DNA of 64,000 bases from contig DASPTW010000042.1 in assembly GCA_035623215.1 (NCBI GenBank), positions 31,717-95,716 on the forward strand, in the 5' to 3' direction. This DNA comes from Candidatus Acidiferrum sp. GTDB lineage: Bacteria > Acidobacteriota > Terriglobia > Acidiferrales > UBA7541. Made by a program: the position numbers and the translations under genes. Numbering within the stretch: the first letter of the stretch is position 1; each line of letters opens with the position of its first letter. This document shows, piece by piece, positions 8,197-17,624 of this stretch. Under the pieces are notes generated by a model. That model saw nothing but the letters and a program-made list of their open reading frames with translations, was not told the DNA's origin and searched no databases.

Positions 8197-11058
8197 TCAG
8201 TTAGCCGCCACGCCAGCGGAAACGTCTCGCTCGATCTCGGCGAGAGCGCCCGAGCAACGCTCGCAAACCGTTGGGTAGCGGGCGTTTTCGCCAACGTGTG
8301 TCGAATAGTTCCAGCAGCGCTCGCACTTCTTGCCATTCGCCTTTTGAACTTCGATCTTCCAATCGCCGAAAGGCGGCGGAGTAGCGCCTTCTTTCGTTTC
8401 ATCAACAATCTGAACCTGAGAAACGCCAAATATGAAAGGAAGAATTTTCTCGTAGTGCCTCAGGAACTGGACTCGAGGAGCATAGTTGGAGCGGATGACG
8501 ATTTTTGCTTCTAAAGAATTGGAGAGAAACTTATCTGTTTTCTTTGTTTCGAGTTGTTTCAAAACATCATCACGGAATTCCAAGATGCTTCGCCAGCTTG
8601 TTTCCAATTCTTGAGCGCCTACTTGTTTTAGGTCGGCTGCCTCTGGGAATAGCGCCATGTGCACGCTTTCCGGCTCGCCGGCAGCCTTCGGCAGATACTT
8701 CCAGATTTCTTCGGCGGTAAAAACGAGGACTGGCGCGGCGAGCCGCACGAGCGCGCTCGCAATCTTCCAGATCGCGGTTTGCGCCGAGCGGCGCGATTTA
8801 TTCTTCGCGGCTTTCGTGTACAGGCGGTCCTTCAGCACATCGAAATAGAACGCGCTCAATTCCACAACGCAATAATCGTGAATCGCGTGATAGACGCGGT
8901 GAAATTCGTAGCCGGCGTACCATTCGCGGCACTTCGTCACCAATTCCGCAGTGCGGTCTAGCATCCAGCGATCAATTTCTTCGAGTTGTTCATTCGCCAA
9001 CGCATCGCGCGCTGGGTCAAAATCACCAAGATTGCTCAGTGCGAAGCGAAACGTGTTGCGAATCTTCCGGTACGCTTCGCTGAGCTGCGTCATCACGCGC
9101 TCGCTCATCTTCACATCGGCCTGATACTCGACCGACGCCACCCACAGGCGCAGCAAATCCGCGCCCCAGCGCTCGCAAATTTCAATCGGATAAAGGGCGT
9201 TGCCCAGCGACTTGGACATCGGGCGGCCCTGCTCGTCGAGCGTCCAGCCATGCGTCACCACCTGGCGGTAGGGCGCGGCGTCGCGCACGCCCGTCGCCAC
9301 CAGCAACGAACTGTGGAACCAGCCGCGATACTGGTCGGGGCCCTCCAGATAAACGTCGGCCGGCCACTCCGGGCCTTTCAAAACCGCAAGATTGGAAGAG
9401 CCGGAATCGAACCACACATCCAGAATGTCGTTTTCCTTGCGCCATTTCGTCGCGCCGCACGAGCATTTGATACCGGCGGGCAGCAATTCCTCCGGCGTGT
9501 GTTGGTACCACGCGTCGGCGCCTTCTTTTTCGAACCACTTCACAACATTGCGCAGAGCCTTGTAGTCCTCGAGCCGCTTGCCGCACGCGTCGCAATAAAA
9601 AACGATGATCGGCACGCCCCAAAATCGCTGCCGCGAAACACACCAGTCCGGACGGTGCTCGATCATTTCGTACATGCGGTCTTCACCCCACGCGGGGAAC
9701 CACTTGACCTTGTGAATTTCTTCCAGCGCTTCCGCGCGCAGTGTTTTGTCGTGCCCGTTCGCGGCCTGGTCCATTTTGATGAACCACTGTTCCGTGGCGC
9801 GAAAGATCACCGGATTGTGGCAGCGCCAGCAGTGCGGATAAGTGTGCTTGTAATCGTGATGGCCAAGCAGCGCGCCGCGGTCTTGCAGCAATTTGACGAC
9901 GATCGGATTCGCGCTGAAGACATCTTTGCCTTTGTATTCGGGCAAGCCTTCGAGATATACGCCCTTGTCGTCAAGCGGCGCGTAAATCTCCAGTCCATAT
10001 TTTTGGCCGGAGTAAAAATCGTCGGCGCCATGCCCCGGAGCGGTGTGCACGATGCCGCTGCCCTGATCGAGCGTGACGTAGTCAGCAAGAATCCCCGGCA
10101 CCTGGATAGACACAAACGGGTGCTGGAACTTCATGCCTTCGAAATCGCGCCCTTTGTACGTAGCGCGAACTCTTGCCTCCTTAATTCCGCATTCGGCTTG
10201 CAACGCCGCCACGCGTTCCGCGGCCAGCAGCAGCGCGCCCTTTTCCGTATCGACCACCGCGTACTCAAAATCTGGATGAAACGCCAGCGCGCGATTGTGC
10301 GGCAGCGTCCATGGCGTCGTGGTCCAAATCACCGCGCTTACGCTTGCCCCGACAAAGGAGGGGTCACTTCCGATTTTCGCGGCATCGCCTTTGCCGCCTC
10401 CAACCGCGCCGAACTTCACCCAAATCGACGGGCTGGTGTGGTCTTCGTATTCGACTTCGGCTTCCGCCAGCGCGGTGCTGTCGTGAATGCACCAGTACAC
10501 CGGTTTGCGCCCACGGTACACGTAGCCCTTCTCCATGAAGTCGAGGAACGCGCCCGCGATAGTGGCTTCGTAACCGAAGCTCATCGTCAAGTAGGGCTCG
10601 TTCCACTGGCCAAAAATGCCGAGGCGCTTGAAGTCACGCTTGTGCTGTTCGACGAAGCGCGCGGCGAATTGGCGGCAAAGTTTGCGAAACTCCGCGGGCG
10701 GCACTTTGCCTTTTCCGCCAAGCTCTTTTTCCACCTGCGTTTCAATGGGCAGACCGTGACAATCCCATCCCGGCACGTACGGCGCGTAGTGCCCCGCCAT
10801 GCTCTTGGTCTTGACGATCAAATCTTTGAGAATTTTGTTCAGCCCCGTGCCGAGATGAATCTCCCCCGTGGGATAAGGCGGCCCGTCATGCAAAACAAAA
10901 AGGGGCTTGCCCTTGCGGGTTTCCAGAATGCGCTCGTAAATGTTTCCGCTGTACCACGCTTCCAGTTGCTTCGGCTCGTTCTGCGGCAGGCTGGCCTTCA
11001 TCGGGAAGTCGGTCTTCGGCAGGTTCAGCGTCTTCTTCAGTTCCAGTGGCTCGGCCAT
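8197..11058 (-). CDS. ileS: isoleucine--tRNA ligase
   Basis: LHDGPPY, HLGT (HIGH-like), GWDCHGLP, WTTTPWT, DWCVSRQR, PMSKS (KMSKS-like), C-terminal CERC…CERC zinc finger; start MAEPLELKK at 11058. Confidence 0.97.
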   Translation of the reverse strand: MAEPLELKKTLNLPKTDFPMKASLPQNEPKQLEAWYSGNIYERILETRKGKPLFVLHDGPPYPTGEIHLGTGLNKILKDLIVKTKSMAGHYAPYVPGWDCHGLPIETQVEKELGGKGKVPPAEFRKLCRQFAARFVEQHKRDFKRLGIFGQWNEPYLTMSFGYEATIAGAFLDFMEKGYVYRGRKPVYWCIHDSTALAEAEVEYEDHTSPSIWVKFGAVGGGKGDAAKIGSDPSFVGASVSAVIWTTTPWTLPHNRALAFHPDFEYAVVDTEKGALLLAAERVAALQAECGIKEARVRATYKGRDFEGMKFQHPFVSIQVPGILADYVTLDQGSGIVHTAPGHGADDFYSGQKYGLEIYAPLDDKGVYLEGLPEYKGKDVFSANPIVVKLLQDRGALLGHHDYKHTYPHCWRCHNPVIFRATEQWFIKMDQAANGHDKTLRAEALEEIHKVKWFPAWGEDRMYEMIEHRPDWCVSRQRFWGVPIIVFYCDACGKRLEDYKALRNVVKWFEKEGADAWYQHTPEELLPAGIKCSCGATKWRKENDILDVWFDSGSSNLAVLKGPEWPADVYLEGPDQYRGWFHSSLLVATGVRDAAPYRQVVTHGWTLDEQGRPMSKSLGNALYPIEICERWGADLLRLWVASVEYQADVKMSERVMTQLSEAYRKIRNTFRFALSNLGDFDPARDALANEQLEEIDRWMLDRTAELVTKCREWYAGYEFHRVYHAIHDYCVVELSAFYFDVLKDRLYTKAAKNKSRRSAQTAIWKIASALVRLAAPVLVFTAEEIWKYLPKAAGEPESVHMALFPEAADLKQVGAQELETSWRSILEFRDDVLKQLETKKTDKFLSNSLEAKIVIRSNYAPRVQFLRHYEKILPFIFGVSQVQIVDETKEGATPPPFGDWKIEVQKANGKKCERCWNYSTHVGENARYPTVCERCSGALAEIERDVSAGVAAN
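10342..10362. mobile_element. 21-bp mini-element inserted in frame in ileS (encodes PSFVGAS)
   Basis: GCTTGCCCCGA-CAAAG-GAGGG matches the copy at 11975-11995 (GCTTGCCCCGA-GCTTC-GAGGG). Confidence 0.65.
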
Positions 11059-11107
11059 AGTGAAAGCGTCTGCGATGTCCCTTCGTTCGTCTATTTGGTC
11101 TCGCTCC

Positions 11108-11196
11108 GTAGCGGCGCCCTTTAGGGCGCCATCTTTCAAGTTCCTTCCCAACTTCAGCGAAGGCAAGTCAGTGCAGGGGCACGATATATCGTGCCC
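11108..11196. repeat. two GTAG-type REP-like palindromes upstream of ileS
   Basis: GTAGC-GGCGCCCT-TT-AGGGCGCC (11108-11130) and GCAG-GGGCACGATATATCGTGCCC (11173-11196). Confidence 0.7.
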
Positions 11197-11399
11197 TTCT
11201 TAGGTCACGAACCTGGGGAGACAGAACACTAGTCTTCTTCTCTGCCATCGTACACGATTTTGCAGCCGATTCGGCAGCGACCGGCCAAGGGTCACCTCTC
11301 TCGGGAAAGGTGTTCACGAGGCCAAACGTCGTATGATTCCGTGCGCAGAGCTAGGGGGCAGCTCAAGATCAGCAGGTCATGTCCGCGGGTTTCCGCAAA

Positions 11400-11612
11400 T
11401 CACTTTTGATGTGCCGTCATCCACGCGGCTGTAAGGAACATAAGCCCTAGGGCAAAGCAAAACGCTTTGCCTAACCAACTTGGCATGGGACGCTTTCCTG
11501 AAGATGTACCTGCGCGCCCCCAGAAGAATTCTCTTATCGTGAACCCTGCAACTATAGACCCGATGCCTATTATAGTAGACACCACACAGCATAACGTGGC
11601 TAGCGGTCTCAA
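11400..11612 (-). CDS. small hypothetical membrane protein
   Basis: 70 aa with two hydrophobic segments, in an AT-richer patch. Confidence 0.4.
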   Translation of the reverse strand: MRPLATLCCVVSTIIGIGSIVAGFTIREFFWGRAGTSSGKRPMPSWLGKAFCFALGLMFLTAAWMTAHQK

Positions 11613-11839
11613 CTCGCTTCACCTAACTCCTTACAGCTATCTTTTCCGAAAAAGGATGGTTTAGCGTAGGCGCCAAAACCATACCAACCAAAATCCAGAT
11701 TGGGCCCGATTGTTCCATCACCGTTAGCCATGACCCCGGGCGGGTGGGGCATTCTTCGTCTCGGCTTTTTCTGCTCACACGCCTCGCTTAAAGTAACCAC
11801 AATTAAATGATACAACAAAGCAATAATGGAACCTTCCGG

Positions 11840-11878
11840 GGTGGCCTACCCTTTGCGGTTTTCAAAGGGTGGGCCACC
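11840..11878. repeat. REP-like hairpin GGTGGCCTACCCTTTG…CAAAGGGTGGGCCACC
   Basis: 16-bp stem with one G-U pair and a 7-nt loop. Confidence 0.8.
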
Positions 11879-11957
11879 GTTGTGCGACTTCTTGTCGTAC
11901 TTAGACTTACAACTGGCTTTGTTAACTTCCTTTACTCACCACGCGCTCCACGATGAT

Positions 11958-12026
11958 TGTCATCCCGAATCCCCGCTTGCCCCGAGCTTCGAGGGGCAGT
12001 CTTTGCGGGGTGAGGGATTTGCTTTT
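11958..12026 (+). repeat. TGTCATCCCGA…GAGGGAT palindromic repeat carrying a nested 21-bp element
   Basis: Ends are shared with the repeats at 17574, 19349 and 26449. Confidence 0.7.
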
Positions 12027-12072
12027 CGTTCTTGGGTCGCCTCGGCGTGGGCATGTCAACAAAGCCGCTTAC

Positions 12073-12103
12073 AACTGTCAACTGTGAACTGTCGGCTGTG
12101 AAC
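12073..12103. repeat. degenerate heptamer repeat (AACTGTS)x4
   Basis: AACTGTC AACTGTG AACTGTC GGCTGTG AAC. Confidence 0.75.
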
Positions 12104-12347
12104 CTTCCGCGCGACTTCAATGCCGTTCTTTCCTTACTTAGAGCTTACAACTAAGGACTTTGAACTATTCCGGCATGCCGTCCTTTCGTTCAGGTGTAAG
12201 GCGGGAAACAATGGAAGGCAGTTGGGCTAACTATGTTAGAATGAATTACAGATGGTGTCAGCCGCTGGTGGCGCGCACAACCTTTCCCGGCCTGTGCGAA
12301 TCGTACCGGTATGGGGATACCAAACGCGGGATACCTGCGTCTAATAA

Positions 12348-13601
12348 ATGAGGTTAACGGTGCCGGGCAAATTCATCGATTTACTGCCATCTGAAATTTC
12401 AAGGGCGGAGCGTTCGTCCACAGGTTCAGCTCCGGCCGTCCCTGTGCCCTCTTCGGCGGTGCCGAAGTTCGGCCGGCCCGATATCCTGATCCCCGATAAT
12501 TTCTGGTCGAATCTTGTGCAGTTCCTGACGGAGCGGCCGGTCAAGGTGCGCGAACGCAAGGATGCGCCGTTTACGCGCACGTCGTTTGGAGCTGGAATCT
12601 TCAGCAACTTTTCGGATTTCTTCAGCTCAGGCCCCGCGCCCAAGGGCCCAGTGAATAGCCGTTTGGCGGTTTCCTGGGGCACGAATTTTGGCGGCTTTGG
12701 CACACGCATCAGGGAATTTTTCGCGCCTCCCAAGCAGGTGCCGCTTCCTGCGGGCATTCAACCTGTAAAAGTAAAAGATATCTGGTCGAAGGACGAAAAT
12801 TTCGGCTGGAGCCAAGCGATTGCCATTGGAATGCACATCCTGGTGGTTGCCTTGCTCGTCGTTCCAATTTTCACCCACGTTCTGCCGGCAGCGACGGAAG
12901 CTAAGAACAAAGTCGACGTGATGCCGTTGGATATTTCGCCGTATATTGCGAAGCTCCCTGCGGGCGCGAATAAGGCGGGAGGCGGCGGTGGCGGCGGCGA
13001 GCACAATCCCCTGCCCCCAACAAAAGGACGGGCGCCAAAGTTCCAGTGGACGCAATTTACTCCACCCATGGCGGTCATCAAGAATCAGAATCCGAAGCTG
13101 GCGATGGATCCTTCGCTGCTTGGCCCGCCGGATTTGAAGGTAGCGAACTCGAATCTGACGAACATGGGCGATCCGCTGGCCGCGTCAGTGAATTTCTCGG
13201 GCGGTCCCGGCGGCGGGAGCGGAATCGGAACCGGTGAAGGGACAGGAATTGGAAGTGGCTCGGGCGGTGGGCTTGGCCCTGGCGAAGGCGGAGGCACGGG
13301 TGGTGGAATGTTTCGTGCCGGCGTCAATGGCGTCGGCAAGCCCGAATGCATCTACTGCCCCGATCCCGAGTACAGCGATGAGGCGCGCAAGGCAAAATAC
13401 CAGGGCACGGTTTTGCTCGACGTCATCGTTACGGCTGACGGGCGCGTTTTGGATCCGCGGGTCATCAAGGGCCCTGGCTTAGGGCTTGAGGAAAAGGCGA
13501 TGGCGCAGGTGAAGAATTGGAAAATGCGTGCGGCTATTGGCCCGAACGGAAAGCCGGTCGCGTGCCGCGTGCAGATTGAAGTGCTTTTCCGCCTGCTCTA
13601 A
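12348..13601 (+). CDS. energy transducer TonB family protein
   Basis: TM helix with His, Gly-rich linker, TonB_C domain (PDPEYSDEARKAKYQGTV…GLGLEEKA…WK). Confidence 0.9.
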   Translation: MRLTVPGKFIDLLPSEISRAERSSTGSAPAVPVPSSAVPKFGRPDILIPDNFWSNLVQFLTERPVKVRERKDAPFTRTSFGAGIFSNFSDFFSSGPAPKGPVNSRLAVSWGTNFGGFGTRIREFFAPPKQVPLPAGIQPVKVKDIWSKDENFGWSQAIAIGMHILVVALLVVPIFTHVLPAATEAKNKVDVMPLDISPYIAKLPAGANKAGGGGGGGEHNPLPPTKGRAPKFQWTQFTPPMAVIKNQNPKLAMDPSLLGPPDLKVANSNLTNMGDPLAASVNFSGGPGGGSGIGTGEGTGIGSGSGGGLGPGEGGGTGGGMFRAGVNGVGKPECIYCPDPEYSDEARKAKYQGTVLLDVIVTADGRVLDPRVIKGPGLGLEEKAMAQVKNWKMRAAIGPNGKPVACRVQIEVLFRLL

Positions 13602-13626
13602 TTCAAATCCTGTTTTTGTATGACGC

Positions 13627-13657
13627 GGGCGCGATTCTTTCGCGCCCTCTTTTTTTT
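13627..13657 (+). terminator. rho-independent terminator
   Basis: GGGCGCGA/TCGCGCCC stem followed by TCTTTTTTTT. Confidence 0.8.
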
Positions 13658-13799
13658 GCAACGGGCTCGTCGCAACGAAATCGACCAGTGCACCATTTTC
13701 GGGCAACCAATTTCTTAGGCTGCGCTTCTCATAGCGCGTTTGGTGCCCGCCTCCGAAAGGTGCAGGGTCGAGAGCCGGAGGCCGCGTGGAGGCCTGCTC

Positions 13800-14744
13800 A
13801 TGCGCGATCCATTTTCGCGGCTCCTTTCGTCATTTCAGTCCTCTCAGGATTCCTTGCTTCAGCGAATTCGTGAAAACTTTCACCAATTGCTCACGCCAGC
13901 GCGAATCTTTCCTTCCTCCGCCAACGGCGCGCCGATCCACTTGCTGACGCAGAAGCGCGGTTCACTCGCCAGCGGACCGCGCGTCGTTTCTTTCCTCACG
14001 CACGGTGCGGTGATCTCTGCGTTGCTGCTTTTGGCTACGAGTCGGCCTAGCACCAATCGCGATCCATGGCCGCCAAGACCACAGCCTCCACCTATTTTCT
14101 CCGCACCGGCAGCTTTGCTCGATATTCTCCGCGGTCACAACCCAAACGGGGGCAATGGCAGCGGCACGGGGCATGATTCCCTTCCGCCTACACAAGGGAA
14201 TCTTCCTCCAAGATCTTCGATCCAGCTTCTCAAGCCGATCATCCCGCAGAACCGAGAGCATGAGCTTCCCGTGCCTCCGACGATTTTGGATCCATCCGCG
14301 CCACGTATTCTTGCTTCCGTCGACAACATTGGCCTGCCTTGGATGCAGGACCGAAATAATTCTTCCGGCCATGGCAAAGGCAATACGATCGGTGACGGTC
14401 CGGACGATTCGATCGGTAGTTCACCCGGCAGTGAGGTAGGTGTGGGCGGCCCCGGAGGCCCCTACCGACCTGGACTGACGCGGCCGGTGTGTATGTACTG
14501 CCCCGATCCGCAATACACGGACGAAGCACGCAAAGCGAAAGTGCAAGGCACGGTCACGCTAAAGGTGCTAGTGGGCGCGGATGGCCGGGCGTCTCAGGTC
14601 CGTTTCGTGAGCGGAGTCGGTCTGGGGCTGGATGAACGTGCACTGGAAACGGTCCGCGGCTGGAAATTCACGCCGGCAAAGGACGCTGCCCGCCGCGCGG
14701 TTCCCTCGTGGATCACGATTGAAGTGGTCTTCCGGCTCATCTAG
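13800..14744 (+). CDS. second energy transducer TonB family protein
   Basis: TM segment SFLTHG, Pro/Gly linker, TonB_C domain (PDPQYTDEARKAKVQGTV…GLGLDERA…WKF); ATG at 13800 follows GGAGG. Confidence 0.88.
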   Translation: MRDPFSRLLSSFQSSQDSLLQRIRENFHQLLTPARIFPSSANGAPIHLLTQKRGSLASGPRVVSFLTHGAVISALLLLATSRPSTNRDPWPPRPQPPPIFSAPAALLDILRGHNPNGGNGSGTGHDSLPPTQGNLPPRSSIQLLKPIIPQNREHELPVPPTILDPSAPRILASVDNIGLPWMQDRNNSSGHGKGNTIGDGPDDSIGSSPGSEVGVGGPGGPYRPGLTRPVCMYCPDPQYTDEARKAKVQGTVTLKVLVGADGRASQVRFVSGVGLGLDERALETVRGWKFTPAKDAARRAVPSWITIEVVFRLI

Positions 14745-14789
14745 ACAGGTTTCTGATTCGCAACAAAAAGCTGATACCATTTCCCTCCC

Positions 14790-16187
14790 ATGTCTGTGCG
14801 ACGCTGCGCCACCTGTGGCAAAGAATTCGAGCTTCGATTTGGCGACACGGCCACGACCGTGAACTGCCCGACGTGCGACTTGCAGCAGTGGGAAGCCGCG
14901 CAGGCTCCGTTGGCGCCTCAAGCCAGTGCCGCGGCCATAGATTCTCCTTCTTTCCCCATTACGATCGGATTGATTGCCATAAACGCGCTGGTCTTCGCGG
15001 TGATGGTTCTGCGCGGTGTTTCTGCGCTCGATCCAACTCCCCAGGACGGGATTGCGTTTGGCGCGGATTTCGGCCCGCTGACGTTTGGTGGCCAGTGGTG
15101 GCGGCTGGTGACCAGCATGTTCGTGCACTTCGGCGCGATTCACATCGGGCTGAATATGTGGTGCCTCTGGAATCTTGGCCGTGCCGCGGAACGCTTGATG
15201 GGACGGGCTTCGTATTTGCTGGCCTATTTCGTCAGCGGAATATTTAGCAGCATCGCGAGCGTGTACTGGAATCCGATGGCGGCAAGCGCCGGCGCCTCCG
15301 GCGCGATTTTTGGTTTGGCGGGCGTACTCGTTTCGTATGTCTACTTGAAGAAGACGCCCTCCCATCTGCAGATCAACAAAAACATGCTCGGGAGCCTGGG
15401 GACATTTATCTTTTTCAATTTGGTTTATGGCGCGGCCCGGCCCGGAATCAGCAACGCCGCGCATCTCGGTGGACTCGTGATGGGGCTTGTGGTGGGGGCG
15501 GTGCTTCCCGCTGCAGGCGATTCGGATGCCGTGCGGCGGACGCGGCTATCGATCGTGGCCATTGTTTCGGCCGTCGCGCTGACCGCTTCCGCCCTTGGCG
15601 CGCAGCGCCTGCGTTCCGGAGTGGGCGAGCTTGCTTCCATCCAGGAATTGATCTACCAACACAAAAGCGACGAAGCTATCGCCAAGCTGGAGGAGCTCAC
15701 CACGCGCCAGCCGCAACTGGCCAGCGCGCAGTTCATGCTCTCTTCCCTGTACTTCAAAAAAGGGCAATACCAGCCCGGCATTTCCGCGCTCGAAAAGGCA
15801 TGCGCCGCCGATCCTCAGAATCTCGGGTACCAGCAGCAACTCGGGGGCTCCTACATCACTGCGGGCCAATTCGACAAGGCGGTTGCGATCTTCCAGAAAG
15901 TAGTGCAAGAGGATCCGAATAATGCACGCGGATTTCTCGGATTCGGGTACGCGTACATGGGATTGCAGAAGTACGACCTCGCCATTTCCGAATTCCGCCA
16001 GGCCGCGGCTCTCGACGCAAAGTCTCCCGGTCCGCAGTACGCGCTTGGCCAGGCGCAATTGAAGGCCGGACGCTACGCGGAAGCGCAGGAAACGTACCGG
16101 CAGATGGTCGCGCAGTTCCCCAATGACCCAAGAGCCCGGGCCGCATTGGATTATGCCTCGCGCCAAGCCAGCGCGAGCGCTCCCTAA
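14790..16187 (+). CDS. rhomboid intramembrane serine protease with N-terminal Zn-ribbon and C-terminal TPRs
   Basis: WWRL, HFGAIHIGLNM, GASGA (Ser), AHLGG (His); CATC…CPTC; TPR-like helices. Confidence 0.92.
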   Translation: MSVRRCATCGKEFELRFGDTATTVNCPTCDLQQWEAAQAPLAPQASAAAIDSPSFPITIGLIAINALVFAVMVLRGVSALDPTPQDGIAFGADFGPLTFGGQWWRLVTSMFVHFGAIHIGLNMWCLWNLGRAAERLMGRASYLLAYFVSGIFSSIASVYWNPMAASAGASGAIFGLAGVLVSYVYLKKTPSHLQINKNMLGSLGTFIFFNLVYGAARPGISNAAHLGGLVMGLVVGAVLPAAGDSDAVRRTRLSIVAIVSAVALTASALGAQRLRSGVGELASIQELIYQHKSDEAIAKLEELTTRQPQLASAQFMLSSLYFKKGQYQPGISALEKACAADPQNLGYQQQLGGSYITAGQFDKAVAIFQKVVQEDPNNARGFLGFGYAYMGLQKYDLAISEFRQAAALDAKSPGPQYALGQAQLKAGRYAEAQETYRQMVAQFPNDPRARAALDYASRQASASAP

Positions 16188-16532
16188 GCTCTCCGAGAAA
16201 TACCGCGTGGTGATCAACCGTGAGAAATTCTTTCGGGTTGAAGGGGACCTGCAGAATCAGGACCACACTATATCCATCAAGCTTCCCGCGTGCTGCCCAT
16301 TTCGATTACTCCAGCCGAAACGCAATCGCATGATTTCCATTAGCTACGGCGCCTACTTCCGGTTGGCTCGTGATCCAGGAGTTTCTGTGATCGATTTACA
16401 CAATCCAACTTCTCGTGACCGATCTGTCTCAGCTTCTGAATAACCGCGAGCTGGACCCGATCTTCGCCAGGCGCTCTCAACCCAACGTTCCGGGATCGCG
16501 TGCTGGGTATAAGGGACATCGAGGCAGAGTTC

Positions 16533-17234
16533 TCACCGCGTTTGAACGACAAGCCCCTGGCGCGCGTGCTCAAGGAACATTTGCGCCGAACTGGGTGATT
16601 CCGTATCTAGCTGAACCCCACCATTCCGAACAGGGACAGCGGTATCTTGCGGCAAAGCTTCGCCGTAGATAATCATTAACTCGGTTCGGTGATCGGCTGA
16701 CGGCAAATGAAACATACGGACCATAACAGTGTTATGCGGCAACACAAGGTGTTGTTTCGTAAGCAGCTGTTCCAAGGCTTCACCATCCGATCCCTGATCT
16801 TCCATGAGTAAGACCCCAAGATTAGGCATGCTTTTCACGTCATAATTGAATTGGAAATTTCCTATTTGCGTTGTTCGCATGGAAGCGTAATCGTAAGTCA
16901 GATGATTGGTCGGCAGGAAATGCTCAAACTGTATTAAATAGAATTGCTCAACAATATTGTCGCGGCCTGACCTCGCAAATACGTACTGTTCTGCTTCGGC
17001 ATTTCCATGAAGGTTTACCTGTTGAGTGCCGACGAATCGAAACCCTCTCCGGACGCTCAACTCTGCCTTGGGGGACTCCTCTGAAAAAATTGTTCTACCT
17101 CTAACGTGTCGCACTGCATTCGCGCTAGTCCCGTTACCTCCGTAAGTAAATGTCGCAACCCCGAGCACTAAGCCCGCTGCCGCGACAACCATGGCGCTAA
17201 CGCTCGACAGGACTTGTCGTTTCATTGAGTGCAT
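16533..17234 (-). CDS. hypothetical secreted protein
   Basis: GGAGGAGG RBS before MHSMKRQ, signal-like N-terminus, lower GC than flanks. Confidence 0.65.
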   Translation of the reverse strand: MHSMKRQVLSSVSAMVVAAAGLVLGVATFTYGGNGTSANAVRHVRGRTIFSEESPKAELSVRRGFRFVGTQQVNLHGNAEAEQYVFARSGRDNIVEQFYLIQFEHFLPTNHLTYDYASMRTTQIGNFQFNYDVKSMPNLGVLLMEDQGSDGEALEQLLTKQHLVLPHNTVMVRMFHLPSADHRTELMIIYGEALPQDTAVPVRNGGVQLDTESPSSAQMFLEHARQGLVVQTR

Positions 17235-17573
17235 TTCATAATCCTCCTCCATAACAGAAAGATACGCTCGATAAATCGTGAAAGTTCCCGTCAAATTTGC
17301 GTGCCAGCCATAGGTCCTCAGGAACGCGCTTATCGCCATCAACTCCCGAGTCGTCGGCAATCCGGAAACTGACCCACAACGGTTTGTTGTTGGGTAGAAA
17401 GAGCCGACTGAGCGGACGCATTCTCGGAGTCGAAAAAATTATTCAGGCCGCAAGTGTGCGGCAGGAAGAGGGATTTCATCGCGCAAAAAATCGCGCGATG
17501 GCGCAGAGTTCTCGCTACGCTCGAAATGAAGGCGGCTGGTTGATTTTGCACGGTTAGCACCTAGTTTCGGGGC

Positions 17574-17607
17574 GGATTCTTCATCGCTGCGCTCCTCAGA
17601 ATGACAA
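17574..17607 (-). repeat. TGTCATTCTGAG…GAAGAATCC palindromic repeat
   Basis: GGATTCTTCATCGCTGCGCTCCTCAGAATGACAA; same family as 11958, 19349 and 26449. Confidence 0.7.
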
Positions 17608-17624
17608 TCGCAGCCCTCTGCCGG

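Noticed and set aside
8986-11124. 712-aa plus-strand ORF
   Set aside because: Antisense shadow of ileS caused by high-GC codon bias; no motifs
11059-11166. 36-aa N-terminal extension of IleRS in the ORF track
   Set aside because: It runs through a REP-like palindrome; IleRS-like sequence begins at MAEPLELKK
16190-16330. Possible response-regulator remnant (…LILQVPFNPKEFL) on the minus strand
   Set aside because: Too short and lacks the conserved Lys; cannot be supported
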